Shown: positions 19,695 through 32,665 of the stretch, in pieces
Numbering within the stretch: the stretch's first letter is position 1
How the letters are laid out: each line of letters begins with the position of its first letter
Origin: an uncultured Alphaproteobacteria bacterium
GTDB lineage: Bacteria; Electryoneota; RPQS01
Direction: 5' to 3'
NCBI GenBank assembly: GCA_964530625.1
Contig: CAZHAK010000012.1
Span: forward strand, 8,654 to 72,653
DNA length: 64,000 nt
Program-made: the position numbers and the translations under genes
Notes under the pieces: model-generated
Database searches by the model: none
What the model saw: the letters and a program-made list of their open reading frames with translations, nothing else
What the model was told of the DNA's origin: nothing

Positions 19695-20319
19695 GATTCA
19701 ACCCTTTCAACAAAGCGGGCACCGCACTCTTTTGAATCAGGATAGTTGAGCAATTCAACAAGTCGCGTGTGGACGCGGCTTCAGCGCGAGTAGCACCTGC
19801 ACCCGGCAGATTGCGCACGCTGCGAAGGATGTTGGGATTGAAATCGGGAGTCAGAATCAAGACCTTTTGATCGGCCAAATCCATTTTCGCGATCATGTTC
19901 GCCATGTCCTTCGTTTTTGGTGTATCCATGGCAAAATCTTCCAGTACGCGAATACGATCTTCGCGTGCTTTCATAATAAGAGCGCTCCGACGGGCGAGCA
20001 CCTTGACTTTTTGCGGAACACCGACGGAATACGTGTGCGGCATCGGTCCAAAGATCGTACCACCACCCGGATTGAGCGGGGAACGGGTTGAACCTTGACG
20101 AGCGACACCTCTACCCTTTTGCTTAAAGGGCTTGCGACCACCACCGCGAACATAGCTGCGGCTCTTAGTCTTATGCGTGCCCTGACGACCGGCGGCTTCT
20201 TCGGCGCGCACGGCAAGCCAGATCGCGTGTTCATTGGGCTCTTGTGAAAGCAGGCTATCCGGTAACTCAACCGTCTCGCTGCCCACTGAACCGTCCTTTT
20301 TGTAAACTTTTAGATTCAT
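19684..20319 (-). CDS. rplD: 50S ribosomal protein L4
   Basis: Sequence and synteny. Confidence 0.96.
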   Translation of the reverse strand: MNLKVYKKDGSVGSETVELPDSLLSQEPNEHAIWLAVRAEEAAGRQGTHKTKSRSYVRGGGRKPFKQKGRGVARQGSTRSPLNPGGGTIFGPMPHTYSVGVPQKVKVLARRSALIMKAREDRIRVLEDFAMDTPKTKDMANMIAKMDLADQKVLILTPDFNPNILRSVRNLPGAGATRAEAASTRDLLNCSTILIQKSAVPALLKGLNHAA

Positions 20320-20942
20320 CAGGTCAACTTCCCAACGATTACGATGCCATGATTCGGGCCGGGAATAGCTCCGCGGATCATGATCAAATTGGCATCCGCA
20401 TCCACGCGAATGACCTTCAGATTCTTGACAGTGACACGATCCGCACCCATTCGGCCCGGCATTCTCACGCCCGGCAGAGTACGACCCGGAAAGGTGTTAG
20501 AACCAATGGAACCACCGTGACGAAAGAACTCGTGCGTACCGTGCGTCATTGGCGGACGATGAAACTTATGGCGCTTGATCACGCCGGCAAAACCGCGGCC
20601 CTTAGAGGTGCCGACGACCTGCACTTTTTCACCCACGGTAAAGAGATCGCAACTGATAGAGTCGCCGACTTTCTTGCCTTCGACGGCCATATCCCGGAAC
20701 TCGCGTTCGTAGGTAGGCGCCGTGATCCCAAGATGCTTGTAATGTCCTTTTTGCGGCATGCGCACGAGTTTATCGCGCTTCTGACCGTAGCCGAGACACA
20801 TGGCGGTATAGCCGTGCTTATCGACGGTGCGGACGTTAGTGATTTGGTTGGGTCCGAGTTCAATGACGGTTACCGGAATAACGGCGCCCTTTTCATCAAA
20901 CACACGGGACATACCCACTTTTTTGCCAATCAGGCCTGTCAT
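20319..20942 (-). CDS. rplC: 50S ribosomal protein L3
   Basis: N-terminus '[17 protein letters not shown]'. Confidence 0.97.
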   Translation of the reverse strand: MTGLIGKKVGMSRVFDEKGAVIPVTVIELGPNQITNVRTVDKHGYTAMCLGYGQKRDKLVRMPQKGHYKHLGITAPTYEREFRDMAVEGKKVGDSISCDLFTVGEKVQVVGTSKGRGFAGVIKRHKFHRPPMTHGTHEFFRHGGSIGSNTFPGRTLPGVRMPGRMGADRVTVKNLKVIRVDADANLIMIRGAIPGPNHGIVIVGKLT

Positions 20943-21250
20943 GTCTTGATCTCGATGTCAACACCCGCCGGAAGCTCGATACGAATCAACGCGTCGATGG
21001 TCTTAGGCGAGGAATTATGGATGTCGATGAGACGCTTATGAATTCTCGTCTCAAACTGTTCACGTGATTTTTTATCCGCGTGCGGCGACCGATTTACGGT
21101 GAAAAGGCTGCGTCGCGTGGGCAAAGGAATCGGACCGGAGATAACCGCGCCCGTTTGTTTTGCCGTTTGGATAATTTTTTCGGTTGATTTGTCGATCAAG
21201 TTATGATCGTAACTTTTCAGCCGAATCCGAATGGAGGATTGTTGTGCCAT
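20939..21250 (-). CDS. rpsJ: 30S ribosomal protein S10
   Basis: Contains '[16 protein letters not shown]'. Confidence 0.98.
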   Translation of the reverse strand: MAQQSSIRIRLKSYDHNLIDKSTEKIIQTAKQTGAVISGPIPLPTRRSLFTVNRSPHADKKSREQFETRIHKRLIDIHNSSPKTIDALIRIELPAGVDIEIKT

Positions 21251-21285
21251 GCCTGAGGTGGGGTTTTATGCGGATCGGCGGTAGG

Positions 21286-23391
21286 TCAGCGCTTCTCGAG
21301 AATCTTTTCCGAGATGGACTTGGGCACTTCCATGAAGTGGTCAAACTGCATGGAGAAGATTGCGCGGCCCTGAGTCAACGAACGCAGGCTGGTCGCATAA
21401 CCGAACATTTCCGAAAGGGGAACCATAGCGTTGACGACCTGTCCGTCGGCACGGGGATGCATATCCTGAATCCGGCCACGGCGCGAGTTGATATCGCCGA
21501 CGACATTACCTAAATACGAATCGGGGGTAACAACTTCGACCTTCATGATCGGCTCCATCAGCGCGGGGTTGCCTTTCTTGACGGCTTCTTTCAAAGCCAT
21601 GCCACCGCAAATCTTGAAGGCCATTTCATTTGAGTCAACTTCGTGGTAGGAACCGTCCACAAGTTCAACCTTAACATCCATGATCGGGTAGCCCGCGAGT
21701 GGGCCGTTGCTCATAGCTTCTTCCATACCTTTGTGCAAGGCAGGAACGTATTCCTTGGGAATCGCGCCGCCGACGATCTTATTTTCAAAAATCAAACCGC
21801 TGCCCGGAGGACCGGGCTCAACGTTGATCACGCAATGGGCGAACTGACCACGGCCGCCCGACTGCTTGACAAACTTATGGTTAACCGTACTGGCCTGGCG
21901 GATACACTCTTTGTACGAAACTTGCGGAGCGCCGACGATAGCCTCTACTTTGAATTCGCGCAACAGGCGATCCACCAGGATTTCCAGATGCAACTCACCC
22001 ATACCTGCGATAATTGTCTGACCAGTTTCCTCGTTGAACTTCACAATGAAAGTGGGATCTTCTTCAGCCAAACGACCAAGGGATTCAGAAATTCTATCCT
22101 GATCGGCACGGGTCTTCGGTTCAATCGCAATTTCAATTACAGGCGTCGGGAAGTCCATCTTTTCGAGCAGAATCGGCGACTTCGGATCACACAGGGTATC
22201 CCCTGTGCGCACGTCTTTCAATCCGACGACGGCACAAATATCACCTGCGGACACCGCTTGCATTTCTTCGCGCTTATCAGCGAACATGCGGACGATTCGC
22301 GAGATGCGCTCGCGCTTGTCACGGGTCGAGTTGTAGATAGCGGAACCAGCGTCCAGTTTGCCGGCGTACACACGAACAAAAGTCAAACGGCCCACATAAG
22401 GATCCGTCATTATTTTGAACGCCAACGCTGAGAAAGGTTCATTAACATCCGGTTGACGAAGCAGTTCTTCTTCCGTGTTGGGATTGATACCCTTCACAGC
22501 GCCGATGTCAAGCGGCGACGGCAGAAGATCTACAATGGAATCGAGCAGCTTTTGCACGCCCTTGTTCTTGAATGAGGCTCCGCACAAGACGGGGAAACAC
22601 TTCAAAGAAATTGTCGCTTTGCGCAACGCCGCCATGATCTCTTCAGCTAAAAGAGGTTCCCCGGCGAGGAACTTCTCAAGCAAATGATCATCAAACTCAG
22701 CCACCGATTCGAGCAGCTTTTCACGCCAGTGATTGGCAATGTCAAACATGTCTTTCGGGACATCAAATTCCTCGAAATGCAGGCCGTGGGAATCTTCCAC
22801 CCAAACAATTGACTTGAAAGAAACAAGATCAATAATCCCTTGGAACATATCCGCCGAGCCCATAGGAATAGTGACGGGAACCGGGTTCGCATGAAGCTGT
22901 GTCTTGATCATTTCGACCGCGCGGAAGAAATCTGCTCCGGCGCGATCCATCTTGTTCACAAAACAGATGCGAGGAACTTTGTAGCGGTTAGCCTGACGCC
23001 AAACCGTTTCCGACTGCGGCTCGACACCACCAACGGCGCAGAACAATGCGACGGCTCCGTCCAAGACGCGCAGACTGCGCTCGACTTCGACAGTAAAGTC
23101 CACGTGGCCGGGAGTATCAATGATATTGATCCGGTGATCGCGCCATTCGCACGTGGTCGCCGCGGACGTAATCGTGATCCCGCGCTCTTTTTCCTGCTCC
23201 ATCCAGTCCATAGTCGCGCCGCCTTCATGGACTTCACCCATGCGGTGGAGACGGCCTGTATAGTACAGGATACGCTCCGTCGTAGTCGTCTTCCCGGCGT
23301 CAATATGGGCCATAATGCCGATATTGCGCGTGCGAGTCAGATCAACAGAGGATTCTACTTTATTCTTGGTTTCTGTAGCAGTCGAGGACAC
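21286..23391 (-). CDS. fusA: elongation factor G
   Basis: Has the G-domain motifs 'AHIDAGKTT', 'DTPGH' and 'NKMD'; 701 aa. Confidence 0.98.
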   Translation of the reverse strand: MSSTATETKNKVESSVDLTRTRNIGIMAHIDAGKTTTTERILYYTGRLHRMGEVHEGGATMDWMEQEKERGITITSAATTCEWRDHRINIIDTPGHVDFTVEVERSLRVLDGAVALFCAVGGVEPQSETVWRQANRYKVPRICFVNKMDRAGADFFRAVEMIKTQLHANPVPVTIPMGSADMFQGIIDLVSFKSIVWVEDSHGLHFEEFDVPKDMFDIANHWREKLLESVAEFDDHLLEKFLAGEPLLAEEIMAALRKATISLKCFPVLCGASFKNKGVQKLLDSIVDLLPSPLDIGAVKGINPNTEEELLRQPDVNEPFSALAFKIMTDPYVGRLTFVRVYAGKLDAGSAIYNSTRDKRERISRIVRMFADKREEMQAVSAGDICAVVGLKDVRTGDTLCDPKSPILLEKMDFPTPVIEIAIEPKTRADQDRISESLGRLAEEDPTFIVKFNEETGQTIIAGMGELHLEILVDRLLREFKVEAIVGAPQVSYKECIRQASTVNHKFVKQSGGRGQFAHCVINVEPGPPGSGLIFENKIVGGAIPKEYVPALHKGMEEAMSNGPLAGYPIMDVKVELVDGSYHEVDSNEMAFKICGGMALKEAVKKGNPALMEPIMKVEVVTPDSYLGNVVGDINSRRGRIQDMHPRADGQVVNAMVPLSEMFGYATSLRSLTQGRAIFSMQFDHFMEVPKSISEKILEKR

Positions 23392-23434
23392 TATTGGTTC
23401 ACCGTTGTCAATTCAAATTCACAGATTGCAAATA

Positions 23435-23905
23435 TTACCATCTAAAATGGGCGAAGGCCTTGTTGGCTTCGGCCATTTTGTGCGTATCTTCTTTTTTCTT
23501 GACGGAGTTGCCTTCGCCTTTGGCGGCGGCAATCAATTCTCCAGCAAGCTTTTCAGCCATCGTCTTTTCACCTCGTGACTTCGAATAAGAAATCAGCCAG
23601 CGGATGGCAAGCGCCTGGCGACGGGAGGGGTTCACTTCAACAGGCACCTGATAGGTCGCACCACCGACTCGGCGACTCTTGACCTCGACGACCGGGGCAA
23701 CGTTTTTCATCGCCTTGACGAAAATTTCCAGCGGGTCGCTCTTAGCCTTGGTTTGAATAATATCAAACGCACCATAGAACATACGCTCGGCGATAGACCG
23801 CTTGCCGCGACGCAACAAACCATTGATGAAACACGCGACCTGCAACGATCCAAATTTGGGATCAGCAGGGACTTCGCGGTCGAATATTCTTTTACGACGT
23901 GGCAT
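23435..23905 (-). CDS. rpsG: 30S ribosomal protein S7
   Basis: Sequence and position between rpsL and fusA. Confidence 0.98.
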   Translation of the reverse strand: MPRRKRIFDREVPADPKFGSLQVACFINGLLRRGKRSIAERMFYGAFDIIQTKAKSDPLEIFVKAMKNVAPVVEVKSRRVGGATYQVPVEVNPSRRQALAIRWLISYSKSRGEKTMAEKLAGELIAAAKGEGNSVKKKEDTHKMAEANKAFAHFRW

Positions 23906-23925
23906 AGTTCAATTACGCTTTTCGA

Positions 23926-24321
23926 CTACTTCTTGCCTTTGCCAGCGGCAACGGTTTTCTTTTTCGTGCCATATTTCGAGCGGCCTTGTTTACGGCCATC
24001 CACACCCGCAGTATCCAAAATTCCACGAATAATGTGATAACGCACGCCCGGTAGATCCTTGACGCGTCCTCCGCGAATCATCACGAGCGAGTGTTCTTGC
24101 AAGTTGTGACCTTCGCCGGGGATATAGGCGGTCACAACAATCCCGTTCGTGAGCTTCACACGTGCGACCTTGCGAAGAGCCGAATTTGGCTTTTTCGGGG
24201 TGGTCGTGTAGACACGAGTGCAGACACCACGGCGCTGCGGGCAGTTCATTAAAGCCGGTGAAGACGACTTAAACTTGATTGCTTCGCGGCCTGAACGGAT
24301 GAGTTGTTGTATTGTGGGCAC
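23926..24321 (-). CDS. rpsL: 30S ribosomal protein S12 (GTG start; basic C-terminal tail)
   Basis: N-terminus 'MPTIQQLIR...' and '[10 protein letters not shown]'. Confidence 0.98.
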   Translation of the reverse strand: MPTIQQLIRSGREAIKFKSSSPALMNCPQRRGVCTRVYTTTPKKPNSALRKVARVKLTNGIVVTAYIPGEGHNLQEHSLVMIRGGRVKDLPGVRYHIIRGILDTAGVDGRKQGRSKYGTKKKTVAAGKGKK

Positions 24322-24353
24322 GTTTCGAGGAAAATTTGATGCGTAGATTGGCT

Positions 24354-24382
24354 AATGTAATAAACCGCGCTTGGAAAGTCAA
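24354..24382 (-). promoter_or_regulatory. sigma70-like promoter candidate for rpsL-rpsG-fusA
   Basis: On the minus strand reads TTGACT-N17-TACATT, just downstream of the rpoC terminator and about 35 nt upstream of the rpsL start. Confidence 0.45.
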
Positions 24383-24390
24383 GTCTTTGG

Positions 24391-24428
24391 AAAACAGACC
24401 CCGGGCGGCCTGAAAGCCGCCTGGGGTC
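24391..24428 (-). terminator. rho-independent terminator after rpoC
   Basis: A 13-bp GC-rich stem (gaccccaggcggc / gccgcccggggtc on the minus strand) followed by TGTTTT. Confidence 0.75.
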
Positions 24429-24468
24429 CGGACAAACATTTAATAGCAGAAAAAACAGTAGCTTCTGA

Positions 24469-27400
24469 TTATTCCTGCGGAATTGGTGGCGTTGAATCCT
24501 GAGTTGCCGCCTCGCCTAAGTCCTCCTCCAAGCCTCCAGCTCTATGCTCAAGACTGTGCATAAGTTCGGACATTTCGATGCGGAAATCCCGGGCCAATTC
24601 CTCCTCTTCTTCCTCGGGTCTGACAATCTCAATCTTGGAGTATTTGTTCAGTCCGGTTCCAGCAGGAATCAGGTGACCTAAGATCACGTTTTCCTTAAGA
24701 CCGGCCAAGGTATCCACTTTATTTGCAATGGCGGCGTCAGTCAGCACGCTGGTCGTCTGCTGGAAACTGGCGGCGGAAATAAAGCTGTCCGTGGACAAGC
24801 TGGCCTGGGTGATGCCCAGCAACACGGGTGAGTAGGTCGCTGGCCGCGCGGCACGGGACTTACCGGTATCACCACCGTCGGCTTTGATCGCCCGGTTAGC
24901 ACGATTGAATTCCGTCTTCTCCAGAATCTGGCCGAGCTTAAAGTCGGACGCTCCGACGTCCTCGACAACCACTTTGGCTACAAGCAGCTCATTTTCGCGT
25001 GTGAATTTGATGCGGTCAACGTGGTCACCTTCAAGATGGCGGGTGTCGCCTGGATCGTCAATCCGCACTTTCTGGAGCATCTGCCGCACGATCACTTCAA
25101 TGTGCTTATCGTTGATCGACACGCCCTGCGAGCGATAGACTTCCTGGATCTCTTTCGCGAGATATTCCTGTACACGATTCGGTCCTTGAATAGCGAGAAT
25201 ATCATGCGGCGCGACAGATCCTTCCGTAATTTTTTCGCCTGCGGACACGCGGTCATGGTCATGCACGAGAATGTGCTTGCCATAGGGCACCGCATAGTTT
25301 TTCGAGACTGAACCGTCTTCCGAAGTCACCGTCACGACACGCACGCCGCGCTTCAAACCGCCGAAGCGAACGACGCCGTCAATTTCAGTCACAATCGCCG
25401 GGTCTTTCGGCTTACGAGCTTCAAAGAGTTCGGTTACACGCGGCAGACCACCGGTGATGTCACGAATTGCTTGCGATTTACGCGGCATCTTGGCTAACGG
25501 ATCACCTATCTTAACGGACATCCCTTCTTCGACCAACAAGTGAGCGCCGATTGGCAGCACATGATTGGCCAGACGATTGCCCTCTTCATCAACGATCAGA
25601 ATGTGCGGGTTCATTTTACGATCACGGGACTCTATGATCATCTTATGTTTCATACCCGTGGCCTCGTCCACGTCCTCGTGGAAAGTCAGATCCTGCTTAA
25701 TATCAATGAAGTGCAGCTTGCCGGATCTGGACGCCAGAATCGAATCCGCATAAGGATCCCACTCGAACAGCAAGTGTCCAGCCTTGACGACTTCTCCTTC
25801 TTCAACATAAACATGAGCGCCGTACGGCAGTTTGTAGCGGGCGACCTGACGGTTATTGTCGTCGAGTAGTTTGATGGTCGCGCTGCGGCGGATTGAAATA
25901 CGTGTGCCGTCTTCCCGCTGAATGAAGTCCACGTTTTCAAAGACCACACGGCCCGGCTTCTTGGCGATTCGCTGAGACTCTGATACATCGCGGGACGCAG
26001 CACCTCCGATATGAAACGTACGAAGTGTCAGCTGCGTGCCCGGCTCGCCGACCGACTGAGCGGCCATCACACCGACGGCTTCACCCATATCCACCATGCG
26101 GCCCGTGGCCAAATTAATGCCGTAACAACGGGCACAGATACCGCGCGTACTTTCACAGGTCAGCACGGACCGTATCCGCAGATGAGTAATCCCGGCCTTC
26201 GCGAGATGGTTTGCTTCCTCTTCACGAACAAGAGTGTTCACATCAAGAATTTTTTCGTTCGTCACGGGATCAAACACGTCGTCGGCCAAAACACGGCCCA
26301 TGACTCGTTCGTGCAATTGCTCGGTGACTTCCTCGCCTTCCTGCACTTCTTCGAGCAAAATGCCGCGCAAAGTGCCACAATCGAACTCGCGCACGATGAC
26401 ATCCTGCGCTACGTCCACGAGACGACGGGTGAGATACCCTGCGTCCGCCGTCTTGAGCGCGGTATCGGCCAACCCTTTACGCGCGCCGTGAGTTGAAATA
26501 AAGTACTCGAGCACGGTCAAACCTTCTTTGAAGTTTGCCGTAATCGGGCTTTCGATAATTTCACCCTTCTGGCCAGTCAAAGACTTCTGCGGCTTAGCCA
26601 TCAACCCACGCATCCCCGCCAATTGGCGAATCTGTTCCTTGGAACCACGAGCACCCGAGTCGGCCATCATAAAGACCGAATTGAAACCGTCTTTCGAGTC
26701 ACGCAGTTTCGCGAACATCACCTCGGCAATATCAGTACTCGTGTGGGTCCAGATGTCGATGATTTTGTTGTAGCGCTCGCCGTCAGTGATAATACCGTCT
26801 TCGTACTGGCCCTGCACTTCATCAACCTTTTTATAGGCCGCTTGGATCAGGCGATCTTTTTCCGGTGGGATTTCGATGTCTACCAAGCCGATGGAGATGC
26901 CCGAGCCCGTGGCACTTTCAAATCCGAGCTTCTTCAAGTTATCAAGGAAGACGGACGTGTCAGCGATACCCACGGTCTGCACGCAGTAGTAGATAATTTC
27001 TTCAATGCGCTTCTTGGCCAGCATCTCATTGAAATAGCGCTTGGAAGTGACGCCGATCGGTAGAATCTGATTGAAGATCACGCGGCCGACGGTGGTTTCA
27101 ATCAAGCGCTCGCCGATACGCATCAGAATCACAGTGTGCAGGCCGATCCGCCCGTCATTGTGCGCCGCGATAATTTCCGACGGTCCAGAAAACACCTTTC
27201 CTTGAAACGGCTCGCCAAGCTTGCGCTTGGTCAAGTAATAGAGACCAAGCACCATGTCCTGATGGGGAACGGTGATCGGGCGTCCGTTGGCGGGATGCAA
27301 AATGTTGTTGCACGCGAGCATCAGCAAGCGCGCTTCAATCTGCGCTTCAAACGACAACGGTACGTGAACCGCCATCTGGTCACCGTCAAAGTCAGCGTTA

Positions 27401-28800
27401 AAAGCCTGACACACGAGCGGATGCAAACGAATCGCCTTGCCTTCGATCAGCAGCGGCTGAAACGCTTGGATTCCCAATCTGTGCAAGGTCGGTGCGCGAT
27501 TCAAAAGAACCGGATGGTCCTGAATAATTTCTTCCAGAATCGCCCAAACTTCGTCCGTCTTGCGCTCAACTAATCGCTTAGCAGATTTGACTGTTTTTGC
27601 ATATTCGTATTCGATCAGCTTGCGGATGATGAAGGGCTTGAAGAGCTCGACCGCCATTTCTTTCGGGAGGCCACACTCGTGCAATTTCAATTCAGGCCCG
27701 ACGACAATCACCGAACGGCCAGAATAGTCGACGCGCTTCCCGAGCAGGTTCTGCCGGAAGCGGCCTTGTTTACCCTTCAAGTTGTCGGACAAGCTCTTAA
27801 GCGGGCGATTACCATCCGACCTCACGGCCACGGACTTACGTCCGTTGTCAAAGAGCGAATCCACAGCTTCCTGCAACATGCGCTTTTCGTTGCGCAAAAT
27901 TACCTCAGGTGCGCGAATCTCTATCAATCGTTTCAAGCGATTGTTGCGGATAATCACGCGGCGATAGAGGTCATTTAAGTCAGAGGTTGCGAAGCGACCG
28001 CCTTCGAGCGGCACCAAGGGACGCAAGTCCGGCGGCACGACCGGCACGACGGACATGACCATCCAGTCGGGCTGATTGAGTTTGCCGTTTTCCGCTTGCT
28101 TGAACGACTCGATTACGCGTAATTTCTTAATCGCGTCGACTTTGCGCTGAGCGCTGGTTTCGACTTTGATTTGCGCGCGCAGTTCGATCGACAACTGATC
28201 CACGTCTTCAGATCCAAGCAGATCACGAATCGCGTCACCGCCCATTTTGGCGATGAAACGTTCTTCCGGCGGCAGGGCGTCCTGCGGTCCGAGTGCTTGC
28301 AATGTTTCAAGGTACTCGTTTTCTGACAACAAGTCCTTACGGCGCAAGTCTGCGCGGCCCGGTTGAATCACGCAATACGACTCGTAGTAGATGACCTGCT
28401 CAAGTTCGCGGGTGCTCATGTTCAGCACATACGAAATCTTCGACGGCAAACTACGGAAGTACCAGATGTGCACGACAGGCACGGCCAGCGAAATATGACC
28501 CATGCGCTTGCGGCGAACATCCTTCTTCGTGACCTCCACACCGCAACGATCGCACACGATGCCCTTGTAGCGAATGCCGCGATACTTACCGCAATGACAT
28601 TCCCAATCCTTGACGGGACCAAAAATTTTCTCGCAGAACAGACCGTCTTTTTCCGGTTTGTAACTACGATAGTTGATGGTCTCAGGCTTTGTGACTTCAC
28701 CGTGCGACCATGACAGAATCATGTCAGGCGAAGCAAGGCTGACAGAAATTTCGGAGTACCTGCGGGGTTCGTGCTCTGCAGCAGCAGCGAAATGCAGCAT
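24469..28800 (-). CDS. rpoC: DNA-directed RNA polymerase subunit beta'
   Basis: 1443 aa with the catalytic motif 'NADFDGDQM'. Confidence 0.98.
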   Translation of the reverse strand: MLHFAAAAEHEPRRYSEISVSLASPDMILSWSHGEVTKPETINYRSYKPEKDGLFCEKIFGPVKDWECHCGKYRGIRYKGIVCDRCGVEVTKKDVRRKRMGHISLAVPVVHIWYFRSLPSKISYVLNMSTRELEQVIYYESYCVIQPGRADLRRKDLLSENEYLETLQALGPQDALPPEERFIAKMGGDAIRDLLGSEDVDQLSIELRAQIKVETSAQRKVDAIKKLRVIESFKQAENGKLNQPDWMVMSVVPVVPPDLRPLVPLEGGRFATSDLNDLYRRVIIRNNRLKRLIEIRAPEVILRNEKRMLQEAVDSLFDNGRKSVAVRSDGNRPLKSLSDNLKGKQGRFRQNLLGKRVDYSGRSVIVVGPELKLHECGLPKEMAVELFKPFIIRKLIEYEYAKTVKSAKRLVERKTDEVWAILEEIIQDHPVLLNRAPTLHRLGIQAFQPLLIEGKAIRLHPLVCQAFNADFDGDQMAVHVPLSFEAQIEARLLMLACNNILHPANGRPITVPHQDMVLGLYYLTKRKLGEPFQGKVFSGPSEIIAAHNDGRIGLHTVILMRIGERLIETTVGRVIFNQILPIGVTSKRYFNEMLAKKRIEEIIYYCVQTVGIADTSVFLDNLKKLGFESATGSGISIGLVDIEIPPEKDRLIQAAYKKVDEVQGQYEDGIITDGERYNKIIDIWTHTSTDIAEVMFAKLRDSKDGFNSVFMMADSGARGSKEQIRQLAGMRGLMAKPQKSLTGQKGEIIESPITANFKEGLTVLEYFISTHGARKGLADTALKTADAGYLTRRLVDVAQDVIVREFDCGTLRGILLEEVQEGEEVTEQLHERVMGRVLADDVFDPVTNEKILDVNTLVREEEANHLAKAGITHLRIRSVLTCESTRGICARCYGINLATGRMVDMGEAVGVMAAQSVGEPGTQLTLRTFHIGGAASRDVSESQRIAKKPGRVVFENVDFIQREDGTRISIRRSATIKLLDDNNRQVARYKLPYGAHVYVEEGEVVKAGHLLFEWDPYADSILASRSGKLHFIDIKQDLTFHEDVDEATGMKHKMIIESRDRKMNPHILIVDEEGNRLANHVLPIGAHLLVEEGMSVKIGDPLAKMPRKSQAIRDITGGLPRVTELFEARKPKDPAIVTEIDGVVRFGGLKRGVRVVTVTSEDGSVSKNYAVPYGKHILVHDHDRVSAGEKITEGSVAPHDILAIQGPNRVQEYLAKEIQEVYRSQGVSINDKHIEVIVRQMLQKVRIDDPGDTRHLEGDHVDRIKFTRENELLVAKVVVEDVGASDFKLGQILEKTEFNRANRAIKADGGDTGKSRAARPATYSPVLLGITQASLSTDSFISAASFQQTTSVLTDAAIANKVDTLAGLKENVILGHLIPAGTGLNKYSKIEIVRPEEEEEELARDFRIEMSELMHSLEHRAGGLEEDLGEAATQDSTPPIPQE

Positions 28801-28885
28801 TCATGGCTCCTTATTCTTATGATCGCGTTACCGCGACCGAAATTAACAACACATAAAAAACGAACGAAGCGAGCAGCGCAGAACG

Positions 28886-31800
28886 TTACTCGCGCAGATC
28901 CACGTCAATACCCAATCCGCGAAGTTCGTTCACAAGAACGTGGAACGATTCCGGAATACCTGGCGCGGGCAGATTGTCGCCTTTGACGATAGCTTCGTAG
29001 GTCCTCGCGCGACCGTTGATATCGTCCGACTTAATCGTAAGAATCTCTTGCAGGATGTGCGCGGCTCCGTAAGCTTCGAGCGCCCAGACTTCCATTTCTC
29101 CGAATCTCTGACCACCGAATTGCGCCTTGCCACCGAGCGGCTGCTGCGTAATCAAACTGTACGGTCCAATTGAACGCGCGTGGATTTTGTCGTCCACCAA
29201 ATGCGAAAGCTTCAGAACGTACATAAAGCCGACAGCGGTCTCCTCTTGGAAACGCACACCCGTGCGACCGTCAAAGAGATATGTCTTGCCATGCCGCGGC
29301 AGGCCAGCTCGATCCAGCCACTCTTCCACATCGGCGGTTTTCGCTCCGTCAAACACAGGCGTCGCGAAGTGTACACCGAGTCGGTGGGCAGCCCAGCCGA
29401 GAGTAGTTTCAAAAAGCTGGCCGATGTTCATACGAGAGGGAACCGACAGCGGATTCAGAATAATGTCAACAGGAGTTCCGTCCGACAGAAATGGCATGTC
29501 CTCAACGGGCACAACTTTACCGACGACGCCCTTGTTACCGTGGCGGCCTGCCATCTTATCGCCGACAGAGAGCTTACGTTTCTGTGCGACGTACACGCGC
29601 ACAAGTTGGACGATTCCGGGAGGAAGCTCGTCGCCGACTTCAATGCGGTAGCGCTCGTTTTTCAATTCAGTTTCATGCTCGAACAGGCGCTCGCGGAATT
29701 TGTCGAAGGACTGCGCGATCATCTCGTTTATGCCTTCGTTGCTGGTCCACTCAAAGCCGGATTCAATCCGATCCACATCCAAAGTTTGCAGCAGCGATTC
29801 CGTGAAGTTCGCGCCTTCGGAAACCATGATCTCAGTTTGATCACGGTCACGTATTTCGCGCGCTTTATGTCCACGCAACATCGAGTACAGCTCTTCCGCC
29901 AATTGCTTGCGCAGTCGTTGGCGTTCGCGCTCGTACTTTGCTTCCAAATCCTCGACGTGCTTCTTGTCTTCCTTGCGCGTTTTGGCGTCTTTCTTCTTGC
30001 GGCTGAACAGCTTGGTGTTAATCACAATACCGTACATACCAGTGTGCGCCTTGAGACTCGCGTCCTTAACATCGCCTGCCTTGTCTCCGAAGATGGCTTT
30101 AAGAAGCTTGTCTTCGGGAGTCAAATCGGTTTCGCCCTTCGGAGTCACCTTACCGACCAGTATATCTCCGGGCCTGACAATCGCGCCGATCCGAATCACG
30201 CCGATTTCGTCAATATTCCTGACCGCGTCTTCCGACACGTTGGGAATTTCACGAGTGAGTTCTTCTTCGCCGCGCTTGGTTTCGCGAACCTGAAGCTCAA
30301 GCTCTTCAATATTGATGGATGTGTAGACGTCGTCATACACAATGCGCTCGGAAACGATAATCGAGTCTTCAAAGTTGTAACCATGCCAGGGCATGAAGGC
30401 CACGAGAATATTACGACCCAAAGCAAGCTCACCGCGATCTGTGCCGCAACCATCAGCCAAAGTGGTTCCTGCTTTCACTTCATCGCCTTCCACCACGGAA
30501 GGCTTTTGATTGATGCAGGTATCCTGATTGGTGCGAACAAACTTTTTCAGTTTGTAGGTAATGGATTCAGGTTGCGAGACAGAGTTGCCTTCTTCATCAA
30601 CGGCCGGATTCGGACGGAAGATAATTTTGGTGCTGTCCACATACTCGACCACACCGTCACTTGGGGCCATAATCATGGTCCGTGAATCCACGGCAGCTTT
30701 GCGCTCCATGCCCGTGCCCACATAGGGAGCCTCAGGACGCAACAGCGGCACAGCCTGGCGCTGCATGTTCGATCCCATCAACGCACGGTTGGCGTCATCA
30801 TGCTCAAGGAATGGAATCAGCGCGGCAGCCACGGACACAATTTGCGAAGGCGCAACGTCCATGTATTCGATATTGTCCGGATGCGCCACGGGGAAATCGG
30901 CACGGTTTCGGCATTTCACGCGGTCCGTTTGGAATTCACCCTTTTGATTGATAGGCGTATTTGCCTGAGCAATCGTGACGCGATCCTCTTCGTCGGCGGA
31001 CAGGAACTTAATGGACTTGGTCACCTTGCTGCTCTTTACCGAGCGATATGGCGTTTCGACAAATCCCATTTCGTTGATCCGCGCGAACGTACACAAGGAC
31101 GAAATCAATCCGATATTCGGACCTTCAGGAGTTTCAATCGGGCAAAGACGGCCATAGTGAGTGTAATGGACGTCACGCACTTCAAAGCCTGCGCGCTCGC
31201 GCGTTAAACCGCCGGGGCCAAGCGCGGACAAGCGGCGTTTGTGCGTCAACTCGGTCAGCGGATTGACCATATCAAGAAACTGCGAAAGCTGATTGGTTCC
31301 GAAGAAACTGTTAATAACCGACGTAATCGTGCGGACGTTAATCAAGTCCTGCGGCGTCATGGCGTTCGCGTCGCGCAAATTCATGCGCTCCTTAATCGTG
31401 CGGGCCATACGTGACAGCGCCACGCTGAACTGGTTGGCGAGCTGTTCACCGACTGTACGCACGCGGCGATTGCCAAGGTGGTCGATATCGTCCGGCGCGG
31501 CACGACCCACGCGCAGTTTCAGCACGTGCTTCATAATCGCGACGATGTCTTCCGGCGTCAGCACGGCGCACTCGGGTGGCACGTTCAAGTCAAGCTTGTT
31601 GTTCAAACGATAGCGGCCTACGGCGCCGAGGTCGTAGCGTTTTTCATCAAAGAGCAAGCGCTCGAGGAACTTACGCGCGGTCTCGATATCCGGTGCGTCG
31701 CCGCTGCGTAATTCGCGGTAGATGACTTCCAACGCGTGATCCGTGGAACTCGACTTGTCCTTGTTCAAGGTGTTGATCAGGATGTCGTAAGACGTATCCT

Positions 31801-32665
31801 TCTTTTTCGGCTTGGACAAATCAACACTTTGCACACCGGCTTCGACCATCTTCGTCAGCAACTCGTCGGTCAACTCCGCTCCGGCGGTGGCGACCACTTC
31901 ACCGGTGGAAGAATTGACGGCGTCGGACACGAGCCTGCGTCCGACTTCCTTATTCAAATCCTTACGATTAGTCGGCACGGTTTCAACAAACCCGAACAGG
32001 TCAAGGATGTCGCGATTGGTTTGACTGCCCATCGCGCGCAAAAGCGTCGTGGCCGGGAATTTCTTGCGACGGTCAACATAGACGTTCAGTACGTCGTTGA
32101 TGTCGGTGGAAATTTCAATCCACGATCCGCGAAACGGAATGATGCGCGCGGAATAAATCTTCTTACCGTTGGGGTGCGTGTCTTCACCGAAGAACACACC
32201 GGGGCTGCGGTGAAGCTGCGACACAATCACCCGTTCGGCGCCGTTGATGATAAACGTGCCCGACGACGTCATTAGCGGCAGGTTGCCGAGATAGACGTCA
32301 CTTTCGATCGTTTGATCAAAAGAGCCGGCTTCGCTGGTTTCGTCGCGAGACGACAAACGCAGCTTCGCCTTCAGCGCAGCTTGAAACGTCACGCCGCGCT
32401 CGCGGCATTCGTCTTCTTCATATTTCGGACGTTCAACCGAATAATCAACATACTCGAGAATATGCGTCTCGCGATTGTCGATGATCGGAAAAATATTCCG
32501 GAACACCGCCTCAAGACCGTAAGCCCTGCGACGGTTAGGTGGCACATCAACCTGCAAAAAATCGCGGAAGCTCTTAAGCTGGACTTCGAGCAAGTCCGGC
32601 ATTTCATGAACTTCAGGAATCTTCGAGAAGTTGATGCGTTGAATGGTTCTCTGTGGATCGCGCAC
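28886..32665 (-). CDS. rpoB: DNA-directed RNA polymerase subunit beta
   Basis: 1259 aa with conserved beta-subunit blocks such as 'GDKMAGRHGNKGVV'. Confidence 0.98.
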   Translation of the reverse strand: MRDPQRTIQRINFSKIPEVHEMPDLLEVQLKSFRDFLQVDVPPNRRRAYGLEAVFRNIFPIIDNRETHILEYVDYSVERPKYEEDECRERGVTFQAALKAKLRLSSRDETSEAGSFDQTIESDVYLGNLPLMTSSGTFIINGAERVIVSQLHRSPGVFFGEDTHPNGKKIYSARIIPFRGSWIEISTDINDVLNVYVDRRKKFPATTLLRAMGSQTNRDILDLFGFVETVPTNRKDLNKEVGRRLVSDAVNSSTGEVVATAGAELTDELLTKMVEAGVQSVDLSKPKKKDTSYDILINTLNKDKSSSTDHALEVIYRELRSGDAPDIETARKFLERLLFDEKRYDLGAVGRYRLNNKLDLNVPPECAVLTPEDIVAIMKHVLKLRVGRAAPDDIDHLGNRRVRTVGEQLANQFSVALSRMARTIKERMNLRDANAMTPQDLINVRTITSVINSFFGTNQLSQFLDMVNPLTELTHKRRLSALGPGGLTRERAGFEVRDVHYTHYGRLCPIETPEGPNIGLISSLCTFARINEMGFVETPYRSVKSSKVTKSIKFLSADEEDRVTIAQANTPINQKGEFQTDRVKCRNRADFPVAHPDNIEYMDVAPSQIVSVAAALIPFLEHDDANRALMGSNMQRQAVPLLRPEAPYVGTGMERKAAVDSRTMIMAPSDGVVEYVDSTKIIFRPNPAVDEEGNSVSQPESITYKLKKFVRTNQDTCINQKPSVVEGDEVKAGTTLADGCGTDRGELALGRNILVAFMPWHGYNFEDSIIVSERIVYDDVYTSINIEELELQVRETKRGEEELTREIPNVSEDAVRNIDEIGVIRIGAIVRPGDILVGKVTPKGETDLTPEDKLLKAIFGDKAGDVKDASLKAHTGMYGIVINTKLFSRKKKDAKTRKEDKKHVEDLEAKYERERQRLRKQLAEELYSMLRGHKAREIRDRDQTEIMVSEGANFTESLLQTLDVDRIESGFEWTSNEGINEMIAQSFDKFRERLFEHETELKNERYRIEVGDELPPGIVQLVRVYVAQKRKLSVGDKMAGRHGNKGVVGKVVPVEDMPFLSDGTPVDIILNPLSVPSRMNIGQLFETTLGWAAHRLGVHFATPVFDGAKTADVEEWLDRAGLPRHGKTYLFDGRTGVRFQEETAVGFMYVLKLSHLVDDKIHARSIGPYSLITQQPLGGKAQFGGQRFGEMEVWALEAYGAAHILQEILTIKSDDINGRARTYEAIVKGDNLPAPGIPESFHVLVNELRGLGIDVDLRE

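Noticed and set aside
29180-30685. 501-aa plus-strand ORF inside rpoB, plus many ORFs of 60-180 aa inside rpoB and rpoC
   Set aside because: They are antisense shadow ORFs of rpoB and rpoC, with no SD or family resemblance.
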